From: an uncultured Eubacteriales bacterium
Lineage (GTDB): Bacteria > Bacillota > Clostridia > TANB77 > UBA1234
Length of the DNA: 64,000 nucleotides
Direction: 5' to 3'
NCBI GenBank assembly: GCA_964394075.1
Contig: CAYMVI010000002.1
Span: 95,234-159,233, forward strand
The number at the start of each line of letters is the position of its first letter. The first letter of the stretch is position 1. The translations under genes were made by a program, and so were the position numbers. The notes beneath the pieces were generated by a model. It saw only the letters and a program-made list of their open reading frames with translations. It was not told where the DNA came from and ran no database searches. Shown here one piece after another: positions 1-8,885 of the stretch.

Positions 1-565
1 TATTTATTTCAGTAACCTTCTTCTCTTCAACTTGCTTTACTGAAGGAGTTGTAGCTTCTACTGGTTTAGTAGTCTTTGTTTCTTTTACTTCTTCAATAAC
101 TTTGGTATTCTCTACTTTTGTTATTTTTTCTTCTATTACTTCTGTTTTTGGGGCAACAGGTTCTTCTTTTTTAGGAGTTATAGTTCCTATTTTTCTTGGA
201 GGTGTTCTATATTTAATATTCATCGAAGTATCTGTTCTTCTTTGAACAACGCCTAAATCATTTCCACCTCTTGGATTTCTCGCAATAGGTTTTTCTTCAG
301 GCACTTCTGCAACTCTAGTAACCTCTCTTCTAATTATTACAGGAGCTATTGGCTTCTTTTCTTTTTTTGCAGGAGCTTTGTCACTCTCCGCATTTCCAGA
401 AGCAGCTTTTCCTTTTAATTGTTTTTTAATTTTTGTCACGTCTTCATCTTCAAGAACGGAAAGATGACTTTTTACGTCATACTTTAGTTCAACTAATTTA
501 TCAACTAGCTCTTTACTTTGCATATTAAGTTCCTTCGCTAGCTCATGTACTTTCATTCTTCCCAT
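1..565 (-). CDS. infB: Translation initiation factor IF-2, N-terminal part (partial; continues beyond window start).
   Basis: Minus-strand ATG at 563-565 gives MGRMKVHELAKELNMQSKELVDKL..., the typical IF2 N-terminus. It lies downstream of nusA-ylxR-L7Ae in the conserved operon order. Confidence 0.85.
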   Translation of the reverse strand, partial: MGRMKVHELAKELNMQSKELVDKLVELKYDVKSHLSVLEDEDVTKIKKQLKGKAASGNAESDKAPAKKEKKPIAPVIIRREVTRVAEVPEEKPIARNPRGGNDLGVVQRRTDTSMNIKYRTPPRKIGTITPKKEEPVAPKTEVIEEKITKVENTKVIEEVKETKTTKPVEATTPSVKQVEEKKVTEIN

Positions 566-886
566 TTAATTGTTTGCCCCCTTCAATTCTTTTACTAATT
601 CTAAAATTCTTTTGCTAAATCCTTCGTCAGTGATGGCGAATATAACTTTATTGTCTTTTCCTATTGCTGCACTAAGTTCATCCTTTAGTCCATACAAAAT
701 CATTGGCGTATTACATTCGTCCGTTATATATTTAAATTTTTCTATTGTACTTGGCGATGCATCTTCTGCAATTATAACTAAATAAACATTGCCCGCTTTG
801 ATGTTATCTATACAAACATCAGCACCAGCTTTTAATTTTCCCGCCTTCATACACAGTCCTAACATCGAATAAACTTTATTCGTCAC
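566..886 (-). CDS. ylxQ: L7Ae/L30e-family ribosomal protein (YlxQ-like).
   Basis: 106 aa. Motif KLKAGADV...VIIAEDASP is typical of the L7Ae family. Conserved position between ylxR and infB. Confidence 0.75.
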   Translation of the reverse strand: MTNKVYSMLGLCMKAGKLKAGADVCIDNIKAGNVYLVIIAEDASPSTIEKFKYITDECNTPMILYGLKDELSAAIGKDNKVIFAITDEGFSKRILELVKELKGANN

Positions 887-1139
887 CGGCTAATTCTCTC
901 CTTAAACAATCATATATTTCAGTTGAAATTGTAGTATCAAACTCTTTTTCTAACTTCTTTCCTTTAATTGCTTTTTCTAAACACTCTATATTATGACAAA
1001 TATATGCACCGCGACCATTAATCTTGCCTGTTTTATCAATACATATTTCGCCATCTGTTTTTCTCACTACTCTATATAATTCACTTTTTGGTTTTGATTC
1101 AAAGCAACCAAGACAACGTCTTAATGGTACCTTCTTCAT
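876..1139 (-). CDS. ylxR: YlxR/RnpM (DUF448) RNA-binding protein.
   Basis: 87 aa. Motif PLRRCLGC...GRGAYIC is the DUF448 signature. Immediately downstream of nusA. Confidence 0.75.
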   Translation of the reverse strand: MKKVPLRRCLGCFESKPKSELYRVVRKTDGEICIDKTGKINGRGAYICHNIECLEKAIKGKKLEKEFDTTISTEIYDCLRRELAGDE

Positions 1140-1155
1140 ATATTTTCAACCCTTC

Positions 1156-2214
1156 CTATTGTTGTTGACCCATTTCTTCTTTAATTTGTGTTTCACTCTT
1201 TATATCAATTTTCCAACCTGTAAGTTTTGCTGCAAGTCTAGCATTTTGTCCATCTTTACCGATTGCAAGTGATAATTGATTATCTGGAACTACAACTTTA
1301 GAAGCCATTTCTTCTTCATTAATATCTACAGCAAGTACTGTTGCTGGACTTAATGATGAAGCAATGTATTGAACTGGATCTTCACTCCATTCAACAACGT
1401 CTATTTTTTCTTCTCTTAATTCATTTAAAATATTTTGAATTCTGATTCCTCTTGGACCAACGCAAGAACCAACAGGATCAATATTCATATCTTTTGAGTA
1501 TACTGCGATTTTTGTTCTTGAACCAGCTTCTCTTACGATGTTTTTAATTTCAATTAAACCTTCATAAATTTCTGGAATTTCAAGTTCAAATAATCTTCTA
1601 ACAAAACCAGGATGTGTTCTTGAAATTAACATTTGAGGAACACCTTTCATGTTCTTTTGAATTTCTAAAACATATGCTTTGATTTTGTCGTTTACTTCAT
1701 ATTCTTCCCCTGGAACTTGTTCGTTTGCAGTCATGATTCCTTCGATTCTTCCAAGGTCAACAATCATAATGTTCTTTTCAACTCTTTGAATTAAACCACT
1801 TACGATTTCACCTTGTCTGTCTGAATATTCAGTAAATACGATTTCTCTTTCAGCTTCTCTGATTTTTTGTACAATAACTTGTTTTGCTGTTTGAGCAGAA
1901 ATTCTTCCAAAATCTTTTGGAGTAATTTCAACTTCGATAATATCTCCTAATGCAATTTTCTTTCTTCCTTTTTTCAAAGAATCAATTGCAACTTCGATAG
2001 CAGGATCAAATACTTCTTCAACAACTTCTTTTAATGAATATACTTTTATTGAAGCTTTTTCTTCATCAATAACGATTTTAACGTTCTCTTGAGAATTAAA
2101 GTTTTTCTTATATGCTGTAAGCAATGCTGATTCGATTGCATCTAACAAATATTCTTTACTAATTCCTTTCTCAATACTTAGTTCTTCTAATGCTTCAAAA
2201 AATTCCTTATTCAC
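1156..2214 (-). CDS. nusA: Transcription termination/antitermination factor NusA.
   Basis: NusA-like sequence with S1/KH regions. The likely start is GTG at 2212-2214 (MNKEFFEALEEL...) with RBS GGGAGGAA upstream, overlapping the rimP stop. The longest ORF reaches 2265. Confidence 0.9.
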   Translation of the reverse strand: MNKEFFEALEELSIEKGISKEYLLDAIESALLTAYKKNFNSQENVKIVIDEEKASIKVYSLKEVVEEVFDPAIEVAIDSLKKGRKKIALGDIIEVEITPKDFGRISAQTAKQVIVQKIREAEREIVFTEYSDRQGEIVSGLIQRVEKNIMIVDLGRIEGIMTANEQVPGEEYEVNDKIKAYVLEIQKNMKGVPQMLISRTHPGFVRRLFELEIPEIYEGLIEIKNIVREAGSRTKIAVYSKDMNIDPVGSCVGPRGIRIQNILNELREEKIDVVEWSEDPVQYIASSLSPATVLAVDINEEEMASKVVVPDNQLSLAIGKDGQNARLAAKLTGWKIDIKSETQIKEEMGQQQ

Positions 2215-2695
2215 CTTTAGATTCCTCCCAATTAAATAATATTTTTGCACTTGATATGTCCGCAAATGCGATTTCTATATTTTCATTTTCTGATGTAATT
2301 ATAATTTCTTCTTCCTTGACATCGTTTAACAAGCCTTCATAATTTCTCTTTTTCTTAACTGGTTTAAATAGGCTAAGTGTAATTTGTTTTCCTTTTGCAG
2401 CTTCATAATGTCTTGGTTCTCTTAATCTACGTTCCAATCCACATGATGAAACCTCTAAAGAGTATGAAGTTGGTATTGGATCTGCTTCGTCCAATTTTTC
2501 TCCTACTGCATTGCTCACCTTTTCACAATCATCTAAATCGATTCCTTTTTCGTTATCGATAAATAATCTTACGAACCATTCATGATTTTCATTAACGTAT
2601 TCAATATCGTATAGTTCGTATCCTAACTCTTCAACTATTGGTGAAAGTAGTTCTTCTAATTCTTTTTCTTTATTAGTCATAATACCTCCTTGCAA
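2207..2695 (-). CDS. rimP: Ribosome maturation factor RimP.
   Basis: 162 aa. Conserved position immediately upstream of nusA. RBS AAGGAGG before the ATG. Confidence 0.8.
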   Translation of the reverse strand: MQGGIMTNKEKELEELLSPIVEELGYELYDIEYVNENHEWFVRLFIDNEKGIDLDDCEKVSNAVGEKLDEADPIPTSYSLEVSSCGLERRLREPRHYEAAKGKQITLSLFKPVKKKRNYEGLLNDVKEEEIIITSENENIEIAFADISSAKILFNWEESKGE

Positions 2696-2696
2696 A

Positions 2697-2727
2697 ACGA
2701 AAGAGTGAGGCGGGCCTCACTCTTTAA
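2697..2727 (-). promoter_or_regulatory. Leader hairpin (11-bp GC-rich stem) between the rimP promoter and the rimP RBS. Possible attenuator.
   Basis: AAGAGTGAGGC-CCG-GCCTCACTCTT, followed on the minus strand by TCGTTTTGCAAGGAGG. Confidence 0.4.
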
Positions 2728-2752
2728 GTATCAATTTTATTATGCTACGCAT

Positions 2753-2782
2753 ATTATACTTCTTATATTATATAAATGTCAA
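2753..2782 (-). promoter_or_regulatory. Sigma-A-type promoter of the rimP-nusA-infB operon.
   Basis: Minus strand TTGACA (2777-2782), 18-nt spacer, TATAAT (2753-2758). Confidence 0.5.
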
Positions 2783-2805
2783 GCCTTTTCTTACGGAAAT
2801 TTGGG

Positions 2806-2905
2806 TTTCCGGAGATTTCGGTCCAAAGGGGACGCCCATCTTTGGACCGAAATCTCCGAACGCAAAAACGCTGCCACCCACTAGGGATGACAGCGTTTGC
2901 AATTT
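2806..2905 (-). terminator. Tandem hairpins forming the terminator of the GC-rich two-gene operon.
   Basis: Minus strand after the stop at 2906: AAACGCTG..CAGCGTTTTTGCGTT (stem plus U-tract). A second perfect 18-bp hairpin follows, CGGAGATTTCGGTCCAAAG..CTTTGGACCGAAATCTCCG. Confidence 0.55.
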
Positions 2906-3400
2906 TTAGCTCACCAGATACTTCCACTGATGAATTTTGGCGGATTTCGTTTTCTCTTCCTCAGACTCACCCAGAATGGCGGAGAGCGCTTCGACCACTG
3001 CGTCCACGAGGTCCTCAGAGAAGTACGTGGATGCGTACTCAAAAATATGACCGAAACGCGTCTTCAGGTCGATGACCGTCTTGGGGATGCCCTCATTAAC
3101 GGTCTGCCATACCACGTCGTACCAGCAGCGGTAGATGTTGTCGCCGACGCATTCTTCGTGACGAATCAGACGGAGCTTAATCTCGGTAGGCTTGTCAGTG
3201 CAGCCGCACTCAACGCAGTATTCATCAACATCATCGGTAATGATATTGACGATCGCCTTCGCGGTGCAAGTAGCCGCCCCCTGCAGATAGTCGTCGGGTT
3301 TTTTGCCTTGTTCTGCCTTTTCTCGGAGGTTGATAATTTCAAACGCAAGCCTTTCCTGCTCGGTCGTCTCAACCTTTCCGATAGTAACCATTTCCTTCAT
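2906..3400 (-). CDS. Hypothetical Cys-containing small protein (164 aa), second gene of the GC-rich island operon.
   Basis: RBS AAGGAGG 7 nt before the ATG. GC ~50% against ~30% host. Motifs CVECGC and HEECVGDNIYRC suggest possible Zn binding. Acidic C-terminus. No family recognised. Confidence 0.6.
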   Translation of the reverse strand: MKEMVTIGKVETTEQERLAFEIINLREKAEQGKKPDDYLQGAATCTAKAIVNIITDDVDEYCVECGCTDKPTEIKLRLIRHEECVGDNIYRCWYDVVWQTVNEGIPKTVIDLKTRFGHIFEYASTYFSEDLVDAVVEALSAILGESEEEKTKSAKIHQWKYLVS

Positions 3401-3438
3401 TCATGTTCCTCCTTGATGGCGTTCTATCAGTTACTGTG

Positions 3439-3942
3439 TTAGTTTGTTACCTTGATATACCACTTGTAATGATTCTCATCTTCGTCGTCTGCCTCACCAG
3501 AGTAGTCCAGCAGCTCTTCGAAAGCCTCAATCAGGGCTTCGAACCATTCATAGTAGAAGTACGCCACACCTCTTGCGAAAAGGAAACCGTATGACGTAGC
3601 CAGGTTGATTTCTCCATTCAGTTCGTGGTAAATAGGATGTTCCCACTGAATCACGGATACCTCGGTATCGCCCATATCATCATGAGCGCGGACGTTAAGA
3701 ACAAGACTGTAATTCTGCTTGCTCAGCAAAGCTTCTCGGGTCTCGTCCAGCTTGTTGCAGATGGTGATGATGACACGCTTGGCAACGTAGTGAGCGCAGT
3801 CAACGATATAATCGTCAAGCATACAGCCAGGTTCTGCACTTCTCTGCAGGGATAATACCTCGTATGCAATCTGCTCTCTTCTGTCAACGACAGGTCTGAA
3901 TAAATTTACTTGATGTTTTCTCGGCACAATAATTACCTCCAT
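3439..3942 (-). CDS. Hypothetical small acidic protein (162-167 aa), first gene of the GC-rich island operon.
   Basis: Longest ORF starts at ATG 3942. RBS GGAGG sits 9 nt before GTG at 3925-3927 (MPRKHQ...), which is the more likely start. Acidic tail DYSGEADDEDENHY. GC ~50%. Confidence 0.6.
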   Translation of the reverse strand: MEVIIVPRKHQVNLFRPVVDRREQIAYEVLSLQRSAEPGCMLDDYIVDCAHYVAKRVIITICNKLDETREALLSKQNYSLVLNVRAHDDMGDTEVSVIQWEHPIYHELNGEINLATSYGFLFARGVAYFYYEWFEALIEAFEELLDYSGEADDEDENHYKWYIKVTN

Positions 3943-4054
3943 ATTTGTAATGATACTTGATGCTTTCTACCAAAAGGTAGACTCTGATGCCTACAGGTTT
4001 TTGTGCAACAAAATCCTTGTATATGCGGGTTAGAGCAACCACATATTAAATACT

Positions 4055-4096
4055 CTGACTATTTAAGACGATGTGATTATATCACACTTTGCGGTA
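4055..4096 (-). promoter_or_regulatory. Promoter with extended -10 for the island operon, overlapping a 15-bp near-palindrome that may be an operator.
   Basis: Minus strand TAGACA, 18 nt, TGTGATATAAT. The -10 lies inside the palindrome TGTGAT-ATAAT-CACA. Confidence 0.4.
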
Positions 4097-4189
4097 TTAT
4101 GTCTACTGAAATTTCTTGAAATATTGACTTTTAGCCATTTTTGATATATTAATTAGTTCAAATCAAATACAAGAAAGGAGAATTTCCGC

Positions 4190-4834
4190 ATGGCTAATCT
4201 TAGTCCCGCAACAAATGTTTTGGAATTTTATTTCCTTGCAAACAACTTAAAAGAGATCGTGCGCTCTGGCTGGAAGCAATGGAACGTCCCTCGCAAGCGC
4301 TTAGAAAGCGTTGCCGAACACGTTTTCAGCACTTGCATCTTGGCCATCGCTATCGAATCTGAGTATCACTACAACATCGACTTGTCCAAAGTATTGATGA
4401 TGCTTGTTCTGCATGAAACAGAAGAAATCGTAATTCCCGATATCACACCTTGCGATGGTGTCTCTGCCGAAGAGAAAGTGACCATCGGCCATAAAGCAGT
4501 AGAGCAAGTACTTGCACACTTGGGCAAAGCCAACGAATACAAATCTTTGATTTTCGAATTTGATGCACACGAAACTCCCGAATCTATTTTTGCATACATG
4601 TGCGACAAACTTGATGCTGACATCATGAGCCTTTACTACGACAAAGATGAAAGTTGTACTCTTGCAAAAGCTACAAGTCAGTTGCAAGAAGCACCGCTTA
4701 CCGTAAGACTTAGCGACAACGGCAAAAATTCCATGGGCGAATGTTTCAAACTTTTCGAGTACGAGCTCAATCGTTTGGACCCTAACTTTTTTGAAATTCT
4801 CAATGCAGCAAAAGACTTTTTGCAGAAGAAATAA
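4190..4834 (+). CDS. HD-domain phosphohydrolase, YfbR-like 5'-deoxynucleotidase family.
   Basis: 214 aa. ESVAEHVFSTCILAIA and LVLHETEEIVIPDITP align to the YfbR H...HD...D motifs, with the HD replaced by HE. GC ~45%. Own promoter TTGACT-17-TATATT at 4124-4152. RBS AAAGGAG. Confidence 0.75.
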   Translation: MANLSPATNVLEFYFLANNLKEIVRSGWKQWNVPRKRLESVAEHVFSTCILAIAIESEYHYNIDLSKVLMMLVLHETEEIVIPDITPCDGVSAEEKVTIGHKAVEQVLAHLGKANEYKSLIFEFDAHETPESIFAYMCDKLDADIMSLYYDKDESCTLAKATSQLQEAPLTVRLSDNGKNSMGECFKLFEYELNRLDPNFFEILNAAKDFLQKK

Positions 4835-4847
4835 TTACACACAAAAA

Positions 4848-4896
4848 AAGAAGCTACGAACACAATTCGTAGCTTCTTTGCTTTTTATTAAAACAT
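4848..4896. terminator. Bidirectional rho-independent terminator serving the HD gene and corA.
   Basis: AAGAAGCTACGAA-CACAA-TTCGTAGCTTCTT followed by TGCTTTTTATT. Confidence 0.6.
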
Positions 4897-5835
4897 ATCT
4901 TTTTTCTTCAAAATTATACATGCTATTAATGTAAATACAATTGCAATTCCTGTCACTATCCAAAATCCAAACGGATGGTTTGCAAACGGAAGACCTGCCG
5001 TATTCATTCCCCATAAACCACCAATAATTGTTGGTATTGTCATTACGATAGTCGCTGATGCTAAGAACTTCATTACTAGGTTCAAATTATTTGAAATGAT
5101 TGACGCATATGCTTCCATCGTTCCACTTAAGATGTCTCTATAAATAGTTCCCATCTCTATCGCCTGTCTATTTTCTATGATTGCATCTTCTAGTATGTCT
5201 TCATCTTCTTCATACATCTTGATGCACTTTGTTCTCATAAGTTTTTCCATTACTATTTCATTAGACTTTAAAGATGTAGTGAAATAAACCAAGCTGTTTT
5301 CTAATTCAAGCAATTTTAATAGTTCTTGATTCTTCATTGTTTTTTCAATTCTGCGTTCTGCTTTTTCAGTTTCACGATTGATGTATTTTAGGTATGTTAA
5401 GTAGTATGTTGCAATTTTGTATAACAATTGCAATATGAATCTTGTTTTCTTAAAAGTATAAAAACCTTTTACTTTGCAATCAGAAAACTCTTTTATAATT
5501 GGAGTTTCTTGTGTGCAAACTGTTATAAAATAATCATCTCTTACAACAATCATACCAAGCGGCATTGTAGAAAATCCAGTAATGCTATCTGAATTTCTTT
5601 CAACAATTGGCATGTCTATGATAATAAGAGTTTGATCATCCTCAATATCAATTCTGGCTTTCTCTTCTTGGTCAAGAGGATATCTTAAGAATTCTTCTAA
5701 AACACCAATACTATTACAAAGCGTATTTATCTCTTGGACTGTGGGGTTCACCAGATTTATCCAACAGCCTTTCTCCAATTTGTTTGTTTCTCTAAATAAC
5801 CCTTGTTCATCTTGGGTTCTATAAAATTTCATCAT
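4888..5835 (-). CDS. corA: Magnesium/cobalt transporter CorA.
   Basis: 315 aa. Two C-terminal TM helices with the GMN motif (GLWGMNTAG). Confidence 0.85.
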   Translation of the reverse strand: MMKFYRTQDEQGLFRETNKLEKGCWINLVNPTVQEINTLCNSIGVLEEFLRYPLDQEEKARIDIEDDQTLIIIDMPIVERNSDSITGFSTMPLGMIVVRDDYFITVCTQETPIIKEFSDCKVKGFYTFKKTRFILQLLYKIATYYLTYLKYINRETEKAERRIEKTMKNQELLKLLELENSLVYFTTSLKSNEIVMEKLMRTKCIKMYEEDEDILEDAIIENRQAIEMGTIYRDILSGTMEAYASIISNNLNLVMKFLASATIVMTIPTIIGGLWGMNTAGLPFANHPFGFWIVTGIAIVFTLIACIILKKKDMF

Positions 5836-5910
5836 GGTAACTCACACTCCTTTTTATTCCTTACAAATTAAACAGCGTGAGTTTATGATATTGCCCACGC
5901 TTATATAATT

Positions 5911-6663
5911 TTATTTAATAACTTTATAAACTTTCCAATCTCTTCTACCTAATTGCCATGCAAAGTCTTTATCAAACACCGCATAATCAAATCTGTATTT
6001 TCCTTTTACCGCACTACCAGTATCCATTGCAACTACATATCCTAAACCTTCAATGTAAAATTCAGTTCCCAATTTCCAATAATCAGTATCTACAGCAATT
6101 GATACGCCCGCAACAATCGGCTTGCCAGAAGCAGTAAAACCTAAATTATTACTACATTCTTCTGGACTTGGTGTATATGCAGTTCCTTCGAATATTCCTA
6201 CATATTCGAGTTTGCTAAAATCAACTGCACCATCTGCTTGCTCAGCATCACCGTAATTTTGTGGTGTAATACCTACGGCAGCAGCAATTTTCAAAGTATC
6301 TTGTAATCTCATATTTTCTTCAATAATACTTTGATTGTTTTTAGCTAACATCTCTGCAGTATACGCAAGATTTTCTTGTTCTTCAGCTATTTCTTTCTTT
6401 TGTTCCTCAATTTCTTTTTTAGTTTCTTCTATAACTAATTGATCTTTCACAACTTGCTCTTTGTCTATTTCTAAAGCATCGCTCTTTGCGTGGTATGCTA
6501 TAACAGTCCCCTTAGCGTACATATAAATGCCGGCAGCAATGCAAAGTGCTAATAGCATGCAGCCAAACACAATTCTAAAATTCTTTTTTAACTTAATTTT
6601 ATCTTTTTTTCTGCTAAGCATACCCTTAATTTGTATAGCTTTATCCGCACTCACAATGCTCAC
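5911..6663 (-). CDS. 3D-domain (MltA/YocH-like double-psi beta-barrel) cell-wall protein with an N-terminal membrane anchor and coiled coil.
   Basis: 250 aa. C-terminal GTAYTPSPEECSNNLGFTASG...VAMDTGSAVKG..RFD is typical of a 3D domain. Confidence 0.7.
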   Translation of the reverse strand: MSIVSADKAIQIKGMLSRKKDKIKLKKNFRIVFGCMLLALCIAAGIYMYAKGTVIAYHAKSDALEIDKEQVVKDQLVIEETKKEIEEQKKEIAEEQENLAYTAEMLAKNNQSIIEENMRLQDTLKIAAAVGITPQNYGDAEQADGAVDFSKLEYVGIFEGTAYTPSPEECSNNLGFTASGKPIVAGVSIAVDTDYWKLGTEFYIEGLGYVVAMDTGSAVKGKYRFDYAVFDKDFAWQLGRRDWKVYKVIK

Positions 6664-6786
6664 CTCCGTAAGGTTACAAGTTCATCACAAGTATTATATC
6701 ACAAAAGAAAATATCCGCAAGAAGTAAAATGTCAAAAACAGTAAAACAATGCAAAAAGAGACACCTCGTGCGAAGTGTCTCTTATA

Positions 6787-7617
6787 TTATGCATGAATCC
6801 AAGAACTGAATTCTTCTCTATATAATATCATGTTGATTTTAGCAAGCATTTCGAAAAACGAACTGTCACGCACCATAACAATCTCGATCATCTCTGGAGT
6901 TTTTCTGATACGTCTCTTCCCTACCTTGGTGTTTTTTACAATATCTCGAATCTCGGAATATGTTTCCTGCGTAAGGATTTCGCCACAGTAAATTCTAATA
7001 CGATAATAATAATCTCCCATTATCGAGAAAGCATATTGACCGGATACATTTTCAATGCCAAGTTCTTCAAACCTCTTGAGCTTTTTTGTTACGCCTTTTA
7101 TTAATCTAGATATATAAGATTGAGAGAGATTAAAATATTCTCTTCCAATATCATACTGATTCAACTCACCCAAATTCATCAAAGCTACGGTTGATTCTTT
7201 GACTGTAAGGCGATTCAAAATCAAATTAATTCTTCTTTCAGCCTCTTCTCTCTTCTCTATGTCTTCATAGTAGTTATGGGTATCAGCAAGCATTTCAGCA
7301 AACGTCGATTTGTCTTTCGGTCTATCTGTAGACTCGCTATCAATTGGTTCATCAATAGATATACATTTTGCCCTTATTTTGTTTTCCTTTCGGTAAAACA
7401 TTTTGATTTCATTCAAAATGCATCTAGACGCGTATGTAGAAAATTTTCTATTTAAAGTGGGATCAAAAGTAGAAGCCGCCTTGCAAAGGCCCATCATACC
7501 TAATTGACACACATCATCGTAATCCCGTGGTTCAACCTCGCATTTACGTGCAATCAAGTAATACACTAGTTTTTCGTTTTCCTTAACTAGTTTTTGTTGT
7601 TCGACATTTAATGTCAC
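6787..7617 (-). CDS. Sigma-70-family RNA polymerase sigma factor with a C-terminal extension.
   Basis: 276 aa. Region 2-like FSTYASRCILNEI. Region 4-like LSQSYISRLIKGVTKKLK. Confidence 0.65.
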   Translation of the reverse strand: MTLNVEQQKLVKENEKLVYYLIARKCEVEPRDYDDVCQLGMMGLCKAASTFDPTLNRKFSTYASRCILNEIKMFYRKENKIRAKCISIDEPIDSESTDRPKDKSTFAEMLADTHNYYEDIEKREEAERRINLILNRLTVKESTVALMNLGELNQYDIGREYFNLSQSYISRLIKGVTKKLKRFEELGIENVSGQYAFSIMGDYYYRIRIYCGEILTQETYSEIRDIVKNTKVGKRRIRKTPEMIEIVMVRDSSFFEMLAKINMILYREEFSSWIHA

Positions 7618-7793
7618 AAAAAATCATCACCTTTCCTGCAAAATAACGAAATCTCCACTTGATAATTTCACAATTCAACAATCCACCTCTCATTCCATAT
7701 TAATGAAATTCGCATGTACAATATTCATATTTTGCCACACATGTTATACCACGGAATGTCAACTTCTGTCAACCACAAAAGCCCTCGAATTAT

Positions 7794-7823
7794 TGACAAA
7801 ATCCCTTTTTCTTTGGTATAATT
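7794..7823 (+). promoter_or_regulatory. ssrA promoter.
   Basis: TTGACA, 18 nt, TATAAT, then a 17-nt gap to the tmRNA 5' GGGG. Confidence 0.5.
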
Positions 7824-7840
7824 CTAGTGTTTCTATATAC

Positions 7841-8194
7841 GGGGATGTAAAGGTTTCGACGGATATTTTGAAGCTAGAATAGCGAGTGATGGATTCTCAC
7901 TTGGCCATCTAAAAAATGTGAGAATTATAAATAATTAACAACAATAAAGTTGCTTTAGCTGCCTAGTTGCGGCTACGTTTGCCTGTTTGTGCCACTTTCA
8001 TACAACGCAAGCGTCATCTAAAAGTGGAAACGAAACTATCAAAACTTTGAGATAGTGGGTACCTATCAAGTTACCGATTTATTTAGCCTGTTTACCGGCG
8101 ACTTACTTTGGGAATCTTAAAAGATAAACTGCACTCGGAGAAGTTCTTGTGGATGGATTTTCGGACAGGAGTTCGATTCTCCTCATCTCCACCA
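7841..8194 (+). ncRNA. ssrA: tmRNA (transfer-messenger RNA).
   Basis: 5' end GGGGATGTAAAGGTTTCGACGG. 3' end GGACAGGAGTTCGATTCTCCTCATCTCCACCA (T-arm plus acceptor plus CCA). Internal tag reading frame ends ...NNKVALAA-stop (gttgctttagctgcctag). Confidence 0.9.
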
Positions 8195-8205
8195 AAAATT
8201 AATGC

Positions 8206-8240
8206 CTGTATTTGTTGAAATACAGGCATTCTTATTATTT
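8206..8240 (+). terminator. ssrA rho-independent terminator.
   Basis: AATGCCTGTATTT-GTTGA-AATACAGGCATT followed by CTTATTATTTTTT. Confidence 0.6.
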
Positions 8241-8266
8241 TTTACTGCAATTTTACTGCAACGCAC
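8241..8266. repeat. attL core direct repeat.
   Basis: TTTACTGCAATTTTACTGCAACGCA. Matches 52006-52031 apart from a 1-nt indel. Confidence 0.6.
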
Positions 8267-8277
8267 TAAAAAACAAA

Positions 8278-8469
8278 TTATTTTCTTTTTGGTTTTACAT
8301 ATCTCATAAAATCACAAATATCACAATCAAACATGTAGCAAATTTTAGCTAGTATATCTAAGTCTACTCTATCAACTCTACCACCATCTGAAAATTGGCC
8401 TAAATTAAAAAACATACATGCTTGTCTGTATATTTCAAGCGAATTTATTCTTACATTTATTCCTGTCAT
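8278..8469 (-). CDS. Small HTH-like protein (63 aa) at the prophage left end.
   Basis: C-terminal ILAKICYMFDCDICDF resembles the XRE HTH recognition helix. Weak. Confidence 0.35.
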   Translation of the reverse strand: MTGINVRINSLEIYRQACMFFNLGQFSDGGRVDRVDLDILAKICYMFDCDICDFMRYVKPKRK

Positions 8470-8564
8470 TTTAAATTATACTTTATATTCATTTTGTTTA
8501 TTTTTACTAATCTATGAATTTGGAGAAAAAAAGAAGCCTACCTCGTAAAGAGATAGGCTTAATT

Positions 8565-8810
8565 TTATTTAACTGTTGGCATAACTTCACCTTCAGCGAT
8601 TCTATGTAGTTCTTCAAAATCTTTCTTTGCAAGCTCTTCCGCTTCTTTATATGTTAAGTATGGGTATTTAGCTCCTTTAGTTGCATTCGCTTTAAACATA
8701 CTATAAGCAATATCCATATTAACACCGTTTGCTTTTGATATAGCACCGATTGGTTCATTATATTTATCCTTTATTTCTTTTTCTTTTTGATAAAAATTCA
8801 TATCGTTCAT
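8565..8810 (-). CDS. Hypothetical protein (81 aa) downstream of the lysis genes.
   Basis: ORF with an AT-rich upstream region. No recognisable domain. Confidence 0.35.
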   Translation of the reverse strand: MNDMNFYQKEKEIKDKYNEPIGAISKANGVNMDIAYSMFKANATKGAKYPYLTYKEAEELAKKDFEELHRIAEGEVMPTVK

Positions 8811-8885
8811 TCCTTTCTTTTTAGCCCATAAATTTCATTACCCTTGTCTTTAAAATCGATTTTTGAGGATTCTCGTGGCTCGTTT

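Noticed and set aside
2897-3442. 181-aa plus-strand ORF (and 3166-3372 and 3625-3855) antisense to the GC-rich island genes
   Set aside because: High GC generates long antisense ORFs. The minus-strand genes have RBSs, a shared promoter and terminators, and the plus ORFs lack these.
7841-8194. Possible small CDS within the ssrA region
   Set aside because: The sequence has the canonical tmRNA 5' and 3' tRNA-like ends and a tag frame ending ALAA-stop. It is an RNA gene.
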